This document shows positions 56,871 to 64,000 of a stretch of DNA of 64,000 bases, piece after piece (position 1 is the first letter of the stretch; every line of letters begins with the position of its first letter). Origin of the DNA: a virus; the IMG/VR virus record IMGVR_UViG_3300050821_007139, positions 1-64,000 of that record; one strand, given 5' to 3'. A program made the translations under genes and the position numbers. The notes beneath the pieces were generated by a model. That model was not told the DNA's origin. It did no database searches and saw nothing but the letters and a program-made list of their open reading frames with translations.

Positions 56871-57902
56871 TTAGGTTAGGATAGGGTTTAGGGTTTGTTT
56901 GGGTTGTGTATAGTTCGGTTTTGGGTCCTCCTTCTTAAAGCTGGTTCGGTTTTGGATAGCTTCAATTAACTCTTTTGGTTCAGGCTTCCCTTGAAGTTTG
57001 CAAAATATTTCAGCTAAACCAGTGCTTACATCGTAAGTTGGCTTTAGACTGAAGGGCGCGCTAGTTTTGACTGCTATTGCGCCTTGAGGAGTTGTATGGA
57101 TTAGTCTTTTTGTATTTCTCCCGGTTCCTTCTATTCGCATTTCGACTACATTATTAAAGTATCTTCCGAATCTTGGACCCAAAGCGCGGCCAAGTGCACT
57201 TGGAAAGGCTTTTTCGGAGCCGAAAATATCGCTTGAATTGGAGCTTAGGACACGATTTTTTTGTCCGGTTTTATTATCCTCCATGAAGCTTTCACTTATG
57301 TAATTTATATGGGTGATTACTATTACATGGCACTTGACTGCATCGGAGTATAGAAATCGTAGTACATTTTCCATTTTTTCTTGTGCGGCGCCTATAAATC
57401 TTCGCCATTCGTTACCTAATGGTTCGGCGCCTAATTTACTATTCATTTGTTGAACGTAGCTTAAAGCTGCATAGCCAGAGAAAGTCGAAGAGTCGAGTAC
57501 TATTACGCTATCTTCACTCCAAGATGTAATTGGGCCTAATTTGACTCCACAGGCTTCGTCCCAGGAGTTTAGTAATTTTTCTATCTTTGGCCAAACGGTA
57601 GCGCTTTGGGGTTGAATCCTGACCTTATCTCCGCCTAGATCCATTGTTATCATTTTATGATTAACAGTTTCGTATCGGAAGGATTCTTCGAGATCGAGAC
57701 TTTGTGCAATTTTATAATATGGGCTTTCAGGATCATGGAGGCAATTTAAAATTATATCTAATCCGTTATCGACATCAATAACACGCAATTTATGACCGTT
57801 TAGAATTAAGGAAACTATGGCGCCGCTTTTGCCGACACCGGAATCTCCGGCAATACAAATCTTGATTGGTTTCTTGCCTAAACCTTCAGCGCCGGAAGTC
57901 AT
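56871..57902 (-). CDS. AAA/RecA-like ATPase (Sak4/AAA_24 type)
   Basis: 'GDSGVGKS', 'VIDVDNG', 'IVLDS.T', 'VIVITH', 'YFNNV'. Confidence 0.8.
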   Translation of the reverse strand: MTSGAEGLGKKPIKICIAGDSGVGKSGAIVSLILNGHKLRVIDVDNGLDIILNCLHDPESPYYKIAQSLDLEESFRYETVNHKMITMDLGGDKVRIQPQSATVWPKIEKLLNSWDEACGVKLGPITSWSEDSVIVLDSSTFSGYAALSYVQQMNSKLGAEPLGNEWRRFIGAAQEKMENVLRFLYSDAVKCHVIVITHINYISESFMEDNKTGQKNRVLSSNSSDIFGSEKAFPSALGRALGPRFGRYFNNVVEMRIEGTGRNTKRLIHTTPQGAIAVKTSAPFSLKPTYDVSTGLAEIFCKLQGKPEPKELIEAIQNRTSFKKEDPKPNYTQPKQTLNPILT

Positions 57903-58003
57903 TTAGGATCTCTTCCAAAGTATGATATTAATACTACAAATAAACATGCTACAAAGCCGGAAATACATATACATTGCTCCCAAGTCATGATTCAAATTAC
58001 TCC

Positions 58004-58201
58004 TTAACCATTCTCTGATTTTGTTTCTTCTACTTTTCCGTGATTAAAGTTCGGCCCTGCTTTTGGGTCAGGATCGATTCGCTCCCCGGGCGGGTGTTGA
58101 TGTACGGTGCCATCAGGACGAATGTAAAGTGGTATTTGCAGATTATCACTTAATTGTTGAACTTTGGCTTTAGCTACAGGGTCGATTTCTTTTGTTTTCA
58201 C
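58004..58201 (-). CDS. Hypothetical protein
   Basis: ORF coupled to upstream gene. Confidence 0.5.
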   Translation of the reverse strand: MKTKEIDPVAKAKVQQLSDNLQIPLYIRPDGTVHQHPPGERIDPDPKAGPNFNHGKVEETKSENG

Positions 58202-58446
58202 TTGTAGTGCTCATCATTATCTTTTACTAATTTTTCAGCTGCGGTTTTGGCTTGTTCTTTAGTTATGTATTCGCCAAACCCCGCCCCGTTTTTATAAACA
58301 CCCCACGGATTTGTGGTCTGTTTGGCGTGCATTACCATAACTAATACTTTGCCGGTACTTTCTTCAACGAATCTCTCATATTCTTCAACGCTGTCGCTTG
58401 ATGCAATCCACATCGCTGCCACTATGGCGATAATAGGCTTGTTCAT
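58198..58446 (-). CDS. Hypothetical protein
   Basis: ORF; short hydrophobic N-terminus. Confidence 0.5.
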   Translation of the reverse strand: MNKPIIAIVAAMWIASSDSVEEYERFVEESTGKVLVMVMHAKQTTNPWGVYKNGAGFGEYITKEQAKTAAEKLVKDNDEHYK

Positions 58447-58450
58447 CTCT

Positions 58451-58648
58451 TTATTTCCGCTTTAGGACTATTCTGATTGAGTGCGGCCCGAAATTTATTT
58501 GTTGCGTTTCGCCTTTAACTTGTAGAGTAACCTCGCCTGTTACTTCATCAGCGGCTATAATATCCCCGGGCACATCGCGATAACTATCGGTGCGGATTAT
58601 CTTATATCTAGCTTTTTCTTCTGTGTTATCGCCGGATTCGAATTTCAT
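58451..58648 (-). CDS. Small protein paralogous to 49233-49460
   Basis: See 49233. Confidence 0.7.
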   Translation of the reverse strand: MKFESGDNTEEKARYKIIRTDSYRDVPGDIIAADEVTGEVTLQVKGETQQINFGPHSIRIVLKRK

Positions 58649-58818
58649 AATAAATCTTCCAACTTTGGTGGATTATAGCGATGACGGCACTGCTGACATT
58701 CGTATGGCTTATCATTGGCATTTAAATGAAAAATTTTGGTAGCTCTACCGCTGCATTTGGGGCAGACCCGTGGTGAAGTCCATTTTTTAGGAGCCTTTAA
58801 TCTGTCCTCTATGATCAC
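58645..58818 (-). CDS. 57-aa zinc-ribbon protein (not in ORF track)
   Basis: GTG start overlapping upstream stop; CPKC...CQQC. Confidence 0.55.
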   Translation of the reverse strand: MIIEDRLKAPKKWTSPRVCPKCSGRATKIFHLNANDKPYECQQCRHRYNPPKLEDLL

Positions 58819-60014
58819 GGCTTTTCTCTACTTTTTAGGGGATCCCAGACTCGCTTATCATAGTTAGCTTTTAGCAGGGTTTCTCTTATTTCAGGCGCTT
58901 CAGCGCAGACTTTCCTGAACGGGCATTGATAGCTTAATTCGCCAGTTTGTGGATCTTCATAAACTTGTCCACACATTTTTTCGTTCATAGGCCAATGATT
59001 TCTTTCAGCGGCTACTTCTGCTAAGCTGATATAATATTCGGTATCTGTTATCCATTCAGCTAGGTAACTTTCACTTCGGGCTATCTCTCTTCGTTCAAAT
59101 TCAGTGCTTTCTACTTTGATTTGACTTGCGTCGATGATCACACCTTTTATTTCTTCACTGAAGACGAGTTTACCAGCGTAGGAGTAAAAGGAGACTTGAT
59201 TATCAGGTGAGTATTTGGCAAAATAAGCGGAATTTAAGGTAAATTTGGTTGTCTTCGCATCGGGTATCCAAAGTGCTTCTTGAAACTCAGCTATACGATC
59301 GAAATGGCCGCATAAAATATATGTTTCGCCAACGGTTCCGGTGCCGTTACAATTTCTGCATTCTTCTAAGCCATCATCAATGTGATCTGGCAAATTTAGA
59401 TTGAGTGGTTCTCTTAATATTTGTCCGTCGCCGAAACAAATTGGACATTCGACTTGAGTTATAGTTGTTTTCTTATCTAGTTCTAATCTAAAGCTTAGTT
59501 CGACTGCGGCTTTTCCATTAGCTAAGATATAAGTCTTAAAGCTGTCATTTTTAAAATTATCTAAATAATCAATAATGGAACGGATTAAGGTGATTCGGTT
59601 TTTATTGGGATTATCACTTATCCAGGGACGATTAAGTTTATCATCCCAGGTTGATATTAGAGCATGCTTAACTGACTCTATTAAGGCGCTTTCGTGATCG
59701 TCGCCGGCTGCTAAGCGGTGTTGGTATAACTCTAATGCGGAATGATACTCTAGGCCAAAACGTAGGTGAACGGACTGTTCACGAGGAACCCAGCCGTCAA
59801 TGATAGTATATTTGTAACGCCGTTGACAGCCTTTAAATTCTCCAAGCGATGTCGAATCCCAAGCTAATTGAAGGGTAGGAAGGAGTTTAGAGAAGCTGGA
59901 ATTAATGTACGGGCCTTCCACCCGCGCGCCAGTTCTAGCCTGGTTCTCCTGACCGGCCATATTTTCGGTTTCAGGCAGATTGGAATTATTGATTATTAGC
60001 TCTAATTGGTTCAT
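58815..60014 (-). CDS. PD-(D/E)xK Cas4/RecB-like exonuclease with inserted zinc finger
   Basis: 'FKGCQRRY', 'FG..YH..LE', 'G.FDRI......I.DAKT', C-term 'C...CPFR.VC'; insert CPICFGDG...CRNCNGTG. Confidence 0.82.
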   Translation of the reverse strand: MNQLELIINNSNLPETENMAGQENQARTGARVEGPYINSSFSKLLPTLQLAWDSTSLGEFKGCQRRYKYTIIDGWVPREQSVHLRFGLEYHSALELYQHRLAAGDDHESALIESVKHALISTWDDKLNRPWISDNPNKNRITLIRSIIDYLDNFKNDSFKTYILANGKAAVELSFRLELDKKTTITQVECPICFGDGQILREPLNLNLPDHIDDGLEECRNCNGTGTVGETYILCGHFDRIAEFQEALWIPDAKTTKFTLNSAYFAKYSPDNQVSFYSYAGKLVFSEEIKGVIIDASQIKVESTEFERREIARSESYLAEWITDTEYYISLAEVAAERNHWPMNEKMCGQVYEDPQTGELSYQCPFRKVCAEAPEIRETLLKANYDKRVWDPLKSREKP

Positions 60015-60183
60015 TTATTTGAATAATCTCATAAATTCAACTAACATAGCTACAAAAACAAATCCATTACACCAAGCAAAGATGATTAAAAGTCCGTCAT
60101 ATTTTCCTAATCCAATACCGAGCGCCATCATTCCGCCAGTTAGAAGAAACATAAGAAACATGATTAAAACAAACCAGCGCATT

Positions 60184-60387
60184 TCACTTATCTTGACTTA
60201 AGTGCTGAGCAGTTTTCAAATTACTTAATGCGATATGGATTTGCGTTTGTGCGTTATTTGAAAGCTTCTCTTCTAGAGCTTTGTTTAAATAAAGCTCTAT
60301 ATTGCTCATAAGGAACTTAATTGCTTTTAGCTCGCCGGAACTAAGCCGCTTCGAGCGTGAGCTTGGATTTGTTTTTGTTTCGCTCAT
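60184..60387 (-). CDS. Hypothetical protein
   Basis: ORF in early operon. Confidence 0.45.
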   Translation of the reverse strand: MSETKTNPSSRSKRLSSGELKAIKFLMSNIELYLNKALEEKLSNNAQTQIHIALSNLKTAQHLSQDK

Positions 60388-60776
60388 ATCTCAATATCCT
60401 TGGCCATATCTAGGGCTTCGCTTATTGAAACTGTTTTCTTTCGGGTCTTTTTTGGTTCTAGTAGATCCTTTTCGATTTTTTCTTTGGCTAATTTGGCGAA
60501 ATGAGATTTTTTATCGCGGACCCAACGAGCTAAGTAACGGACATTTGTAGTTAGATCCTCATTGCTTAACGATAATGGGTTTGTATTAAAAGTAATCTGC
60601 GCTCGTTCCATAAGCTCGTCTAGCGATTTTGGATCGGCTTCGCTTAATGGCGAATTAGCACTGGCTTCTAAGAGAGCCTTTAGTGGCGATTGAGATTCTT
60701 CATTCATTTTGGACGGTCCGGGCAGTAATCGCACATTAATGGTGCGCCAATTAATATAAACGTTGCGCCGTGCCAA
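60384..60776 (-). CDS. Hypothetical protein
   Basis: Likely start at internal MNEESQSP. Confidence 0.55.
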   Translation of the reverse strand: MARRNVYINWRTINVRLLPGPSKMNEESQSPLKALLEASANSPLSEADPKSLDELMERAQITFNTNPLSLSNEDLTTNVRYLARWVRDKKSHFAKLAKEKIEKDLLEPKKTRKKTVSISEALDMAKDIEI

Positions 60777-61066
60777 TCTAGTTCGGGGTTCATTTCTTCT
60801 GGATTCTCTACTATGACATAGTGGAACAATGTCTTACGACTGTAAGGTCGTGCAACTTCCTCCAATTTAATATGGACATGGGATACATAGCTTATATTAT
60901 TCATCTTGATATCCTTACTAATTATACATCCGAGCCTAATTTTCTCATAGCCTCTGAGCGTAGTTAATTTGCGATCACGCAAATCTTGTGCTTCTTGAGA
61001 ACGGTCATTGATATACAGCATGCCAATGAATTCATAACGCTTTGTATAGGCTGCATACCAAGTCAC
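60704..61066 (-). CDS. Hypothetical protein
   Basis: ORF in early operon. Confidence 0.45.
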   Translation of the reverse strand: MTWYAAYTKRYEFIGMLYINDRSQEAQDLRDRKLTTLRGYEKIRLGCIISKDIKMNNISYVSHVHIKLEEVARPYSRKTLFHYVIVENPEEMNPELDWHGATFILIGAPLMCDYCPDRPK

Positions 61067-61095
61067 GATATTAGACCTGACTTGAGTTTCATTGC

Positions 61096-61293
61096 TTATT
61101 TGCTCTCTTCTTTATCTATCAGCCGCCTGGCTATATCTTCAGTTTCGATTAGAAATCGTCGAATTGCGATTCGAACTGCTTTACTGACACCAATTTTTCC
61201 TTTACCCGCGAAAAGGAATTCTAACTTGGTATTGTCTTCCTTATCGACCATGTAGTGTTTTTTGATAAGGTTCTCTTGGCGAGCGGGAGGCAT
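61096..61293 (-). CDS. Possible ribbon-helix-helix DNA-binding protein
   Basis: Strand-helix-helix pattern ending 'SKAVRIAIRRFL'. Confidence 0.45.
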   Translation of the reverse strand: MPPARQENLIKKHYMVDKEDNTKLEFLFAGKGKIGVSKAVRIAIRRFLIETEDIARRLIDKEESK

Positions 61294-61299
61294 GAGAAT

Positions 61300-61656
61300 C
61301 TATCTCTTCTCTTTTTTTATCATTTCCAGTCCAGCTTTTAGCCTTGCTTCAACACGTTTTTGAGCCGAAGCTATAGTTATTTCGTCGTTTGATCCTTGGG
61401 CTTCTTTGGCTATCTCTTCGCTATGATCAAAGTCAGGGACTTCTAGTTTCATTTGGCTTGAGATTATGTCAGCTTCTATTTGGACCTGAAGATTAGTTAG
61501 GTTTGGATGATCAGCTATAAATTGAATTAGTCCTTCTAAGAGTTGATCTAGGAAGATTTTATTTAGAATTTTGGCTTCAATAGTTCCTAATGAATCGCCA
61601 GGATTAAATCTTGGTTTAAGGGTTATAATCAGCTCGTCTATTATTACTAAACTCAC
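61300..61656 (-). CDS. Hypothetical protein
   Basis: ORF in early operon. Confidence 0.5.
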   Translation of the reverse strand: MSLVIIDELIITLKPRFNPGDSLGTIEAKILNKIFLDQLLEGLIQFIADHPNLTNLQVQIEADIISSQMKLEVPDFDHSEEIAKEAQGSNDEITIASAQKRVEARLKAGLEMIKKEKR

Positions 61657-61662
61657 TTTGCT

Positions 61663-61911
61663 TTAACTCACACGCTTGATTTCAAAGGTTGGGGTTCTTT
61701 TAATTAAAATGCAGGGTTTTGATTCATGCTGTTCTAAGATGAAACTTAAACCGATTCCGATTTTCTTCCGTCGGCGTAAGCTATAGCATGCGAAGCGGAA
61801 ACTTTCGGCCTCAGAGATGTTATCGAATTTAATTAAAGCTTCAGCGCCGTTTAAGATTGGCATTAGAGCAGCTCTAATTTGCTCCTCGCTCCATTTATGT
61901 CTTAGGGACAA
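61663..61911 (-). CDS. Hypothetical protein
   Basis: ORF; weak resemblance to 63225-63503. Confidence 0.5.
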   Translation of the reverse strand: MSLRHKWSEEQIRAALMPILNGAEALIKFDNISEAESFRFACYSLRRRKKIGIGLSFILEQHESKPCILIKRTPTFEIKRVS

Positions 61912-62113
61912 TTTAACTTAGATCCTTATCTAAAATAAACCTGAAACCCACCAAAGCCAGGCTGCAAAGATAGTGCTTGTCGTTGCCCGAAGTGTATAAA
62001 CATCTGCACCCTTGAACTGACCGCCATTCGCGGCAGCTACTAAGCAATATGGTATATCTAACACTAATGAAAGCAATAGGAACCATTTCATGGGTTGGTC
62101 TTTATCACCTAAC

Positions 62114-62515
62114 TTAAGCTTTGAAGCTTACTTTGAGTTTATTGTTTAGATCAAATATTAATTCGCCTTCGATGTCTTCTGTTCCTATGTCCATTTTTTC
62201 GGCAAAGATGGCTGGGATATAGCCTAATTGGTGCTCGGTTAAATCGCAGACTTCATCTAAAGTAAATCCGGAACTAGCTAGGGCAGATATTAGCTCTCTT
62301 TTATCGACTTTTAAGAATTCTTCTGTTTTTATCCAAACGCCGATTGCATTGGCTCGTGTTTTGGGATGATCGGGTTCTTGGCGTAGGATTAACTTTGCGC
62401 CGATTGGAAGGACTTCTAAGATTGCTTGAGCAGGTGGTCGGTAATGGGCGCCCACGATTTCATAGCTATAGGCAGTTTTGAGACCTGAAGACATGAGTAC
62501 CACGGTCTTGTTCAT
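62114..62515 (-). CDS. HIRAN-domain protein
   Basis: 'IVGAHYR', 'L.LRQEPDHP...NAIGV', 'LGYIPA'. Confidence 0.75.
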   Translation of the reverse strand: MNKTVVLMSSGLKTAYSYEIVGAHYRPPAQAILEVLPIGAKLILRQEPDHPKTRANAIGVWIKTEEFLKVDKRELISALASSGFTLDEVCDLTEHQLGYIPAIFAEKMDIGTEDIEGELIFDLNNKLKVSFKA

Positions 62516-62517
62516 TG

Positions 62518-62886
62518 TTATATCTCTATTTCTCTTTCTAGCTCGAATTGGGTTTCTTGAAGTTTGTAGCTTCGCTTTAGATCCTTAGCAAATTCAACAT
62601 CGCTGGGTTCATTGATTGAGCTTAGATTAATTTCAAATAAAGTCTCTAGGGTATTTTCTGGATCAAGCCGGTAAGAGTTGATAATCTCGCTTAGCTTTTC
62701 GTCGGGAATTATTCGTGTGACTTGGCGAGATAGATATCTTCCGGAACCGGAGTTTGGAATCATCGCACTTATTGTTATTGTTTCGTCTTGATTTGGAAAT
62801 AGGTTTAATCGCGGCACGACGACGCGTTTGCCGAGTAACTCGGGAATATCATTTATTCTTTTTCGATTGGGGTCAAAGAGGTTCAA
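62518..62886 (-). CDS. Hypothetical protein
   Basis: ORF with SD aagga. Confidence 0.5.
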   Translation of the reverse strand: MNLFDPNRKRINDIPELLGKRVVVPRLNLFPNQDETITISAMIPNSGSGRYLSRQVTRIIPDEKLSEIINSYRLDPENTLETLFEINLSSINEPSDVEFAKDLKRSYKLQETQFELEREIEI

Positions 62887-62902
62887 GGGTTTAATTCCTT
62901 TT

Positions 62903-63220
62903 TCAAGTTCTTGCCTCGTTACGACTTCGCTTCATTGCCCTTGCTGCTCGAATGTTGCTTTTTTGCTTTAACCTGAAATGCTCTCGTTCGCGCGATAGAA
63001 TCTCAATTGCTTCTGGACTTAATAAAGGTTCTGCTATGGCCGCATCTATGGCTTGGATGTAGGCTAGGAGCTTACTTGAGCTGGTTTCTTGATTTGAATA
63101 GAAAGCTTCTATGGCTTCTTGCGTATAGGTTTTTATCATTGATTTTAATTGTCTTTGGCTTGTGATTGCTTCATCTACAATTTGTATTAGGGCTAGTAGG
63201 CGGTCTTGAGTTATGGGCAT
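62903..63220 (-). CDS. Hypothetical protein
   Basis: ORF in early operon. Confidence 0.5.
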   Translation of the reverse strand: MPITQDRLLALIQIVDEAITSQRQLKSMIKTYTQEAIEAFYSNQETSSSKLLAYIQAIDAAIAEPLLSPEAIEILSREREHFRLKQKSNIRAARAMKRSRNEART

Positions 63221-63224
63221 AAGA

Positions 63225-63503
63225 TTAGATTTTTATATCTTCTGAACTTATTTGTTCTTTATCTGAATTTAGAATCCATAACTCATATTCGGGATTGTCT
63301 GGGCTTATTCGGATCTGCAAGTTGGCATATTTAGCGTTTGGGTATTTGGAGCGGAATTTGTAAAGTAACATGCGGGCTTGAAAGGAGTCTTCGGTGCCGA
63401 TTCTATAGCCGGTTTGGGCGTCAGCCCCGGCGCTTAGTGCAGCCTCACACATAATACCTAGAGGGGAATCTAGGGTTAGATAATTGTATGAAGCCTCTGT
63501 CAT
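63225..63503 (-). CDS. Hypothetical protein
   Basis: ORF in early operon. Confidence 0.5.
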   Translation of the reverse strand: MTEASYNYLTLDSPLGIMCEAALSAGADAQTGYRIGTEDSFQARMLLYKFRSKYPNAKYANLQIRISPDNPEYELWILNSDKEQISSEDIKI

Positions 63504-63504
63504 T

Positions 63505-63684
63505 TTATTTCTTTTTCTTACTTTGACCGCTTTCGCTGAGCCCGATTGCTATTGCTTGAGCACGCGATTTTACTTTAGGGCCGGACTTGGAGCCGGAATG
63601 AAGCGAGCCGGATTTGTATTCGTCCATGACTTGTTTCATTGCGGCGCGCTTTTGAGGCTTGGTTACGGGAGTTTTAGAGGGCAA
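63505..63684 (-). CDS. DUF6496-like small basic protein (not in ORF track)
   Basis: TTG start, SD aaagga; MPSKTPVTKPQKRAAMKQVMDEYKSGSLHSGSKSGPKVKSRAQAIAIGLSESGQSKKKK. Confidence 0.75.
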   Translation of the reverse strand: MPSKTPVTKPQKRAAMKQVMDEYKSGSLHSGSKSGPKVKSRAQAIAIGLSESGQSKKKK

Positions 63685-64000
63685 TTTTAAGTTCCTTTCT
63701 CATATGTTCATTGCAATAAAGAAAAATAAAATAGCAATGAGGAATAGTATATCTATAAATGGCTCTAGATTCGCGATTATAAATCCGTTGCGCGTCGAAA
63801 TCCAAAGCCTAGTTCCAATGAGCTTCATTTTTTTCTAAACCTTATCTTCCATACGCTTACTTGAAGATTGGGTAGTTGATTTTAGTTTGGCTCAACTACC
63901 AAAAGCCAAGAAGATTTTAGTAGGGCTTTCTACCCTACTGTTTGCATTTTAAAATCTCCTTTAATGGAGGTATCGCCTGCCCAATGCGCCAATATCTTGC

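Noticed and set aside
58815-60014. CRISPR-Cas system from Cas4-like gene
   Set aside because: No repeat-spacer array or other cas genes; context is phage recombination (AAA, SSB)
1060-63690. Numerous short antisense or nested ORFs in the track (e.g. 13959, 23492, 33009, 43579, 49221, 63484)
   Set aside because: They lie opposite or within well-supported genes and lack recognisable motifs

Overview
A 64 kb piece of a tailed dsDNA bacteriophage (podovirus-like, P22-type head and tail hub). The host is probably an Alphaproteobacterium, inferred from the TatA and NrdJ sequence style. The + strand (1-~40,030) is the late arm: scaffold end, P22-type coat, TPR-glycosyltransferase and FkbM methyltransferase, two gp4-like adaptors, gp10 hub, three ejection proteins, a peptidase/Asp-racemase/ATP-grasp trio, a ~14 kb fibre/adhesin block, then a GH25 endolysin, a glycosyltransferase-like protein, a sedolisin and a lipoprotein. 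The - strand (~40,060-64,000) is the early/replication arm: class II RNR, MazG-like protein, DUF3987 ATPase, a split family A DNA polymerase (UDG-exonuclease + polymerase), methyltransferases, SSB-like, AAA, Cas4-like nuclease, HIRAN and many small ORFs. Two systems stand out. (1) Almost every tail-fibre/spike-like protein, including the virion-attachment domain itself, carries a Sec or twin-arginine signal peptide and many are Cys-rich, and the phage encodes its own TatA inside that block. This suggests receptor-binding parts are exported, folded in the periplasm and docked on the virion at or after lysis. (2) Two diverged copies of one complex structured non-coding RNA (38,730-39,009 + and 45,424-45,670 -) share sequence islands, covarying stems and likely pseudoknots; I do not recognise the family. 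All calls come from motif recognition by eye; no searches were run.
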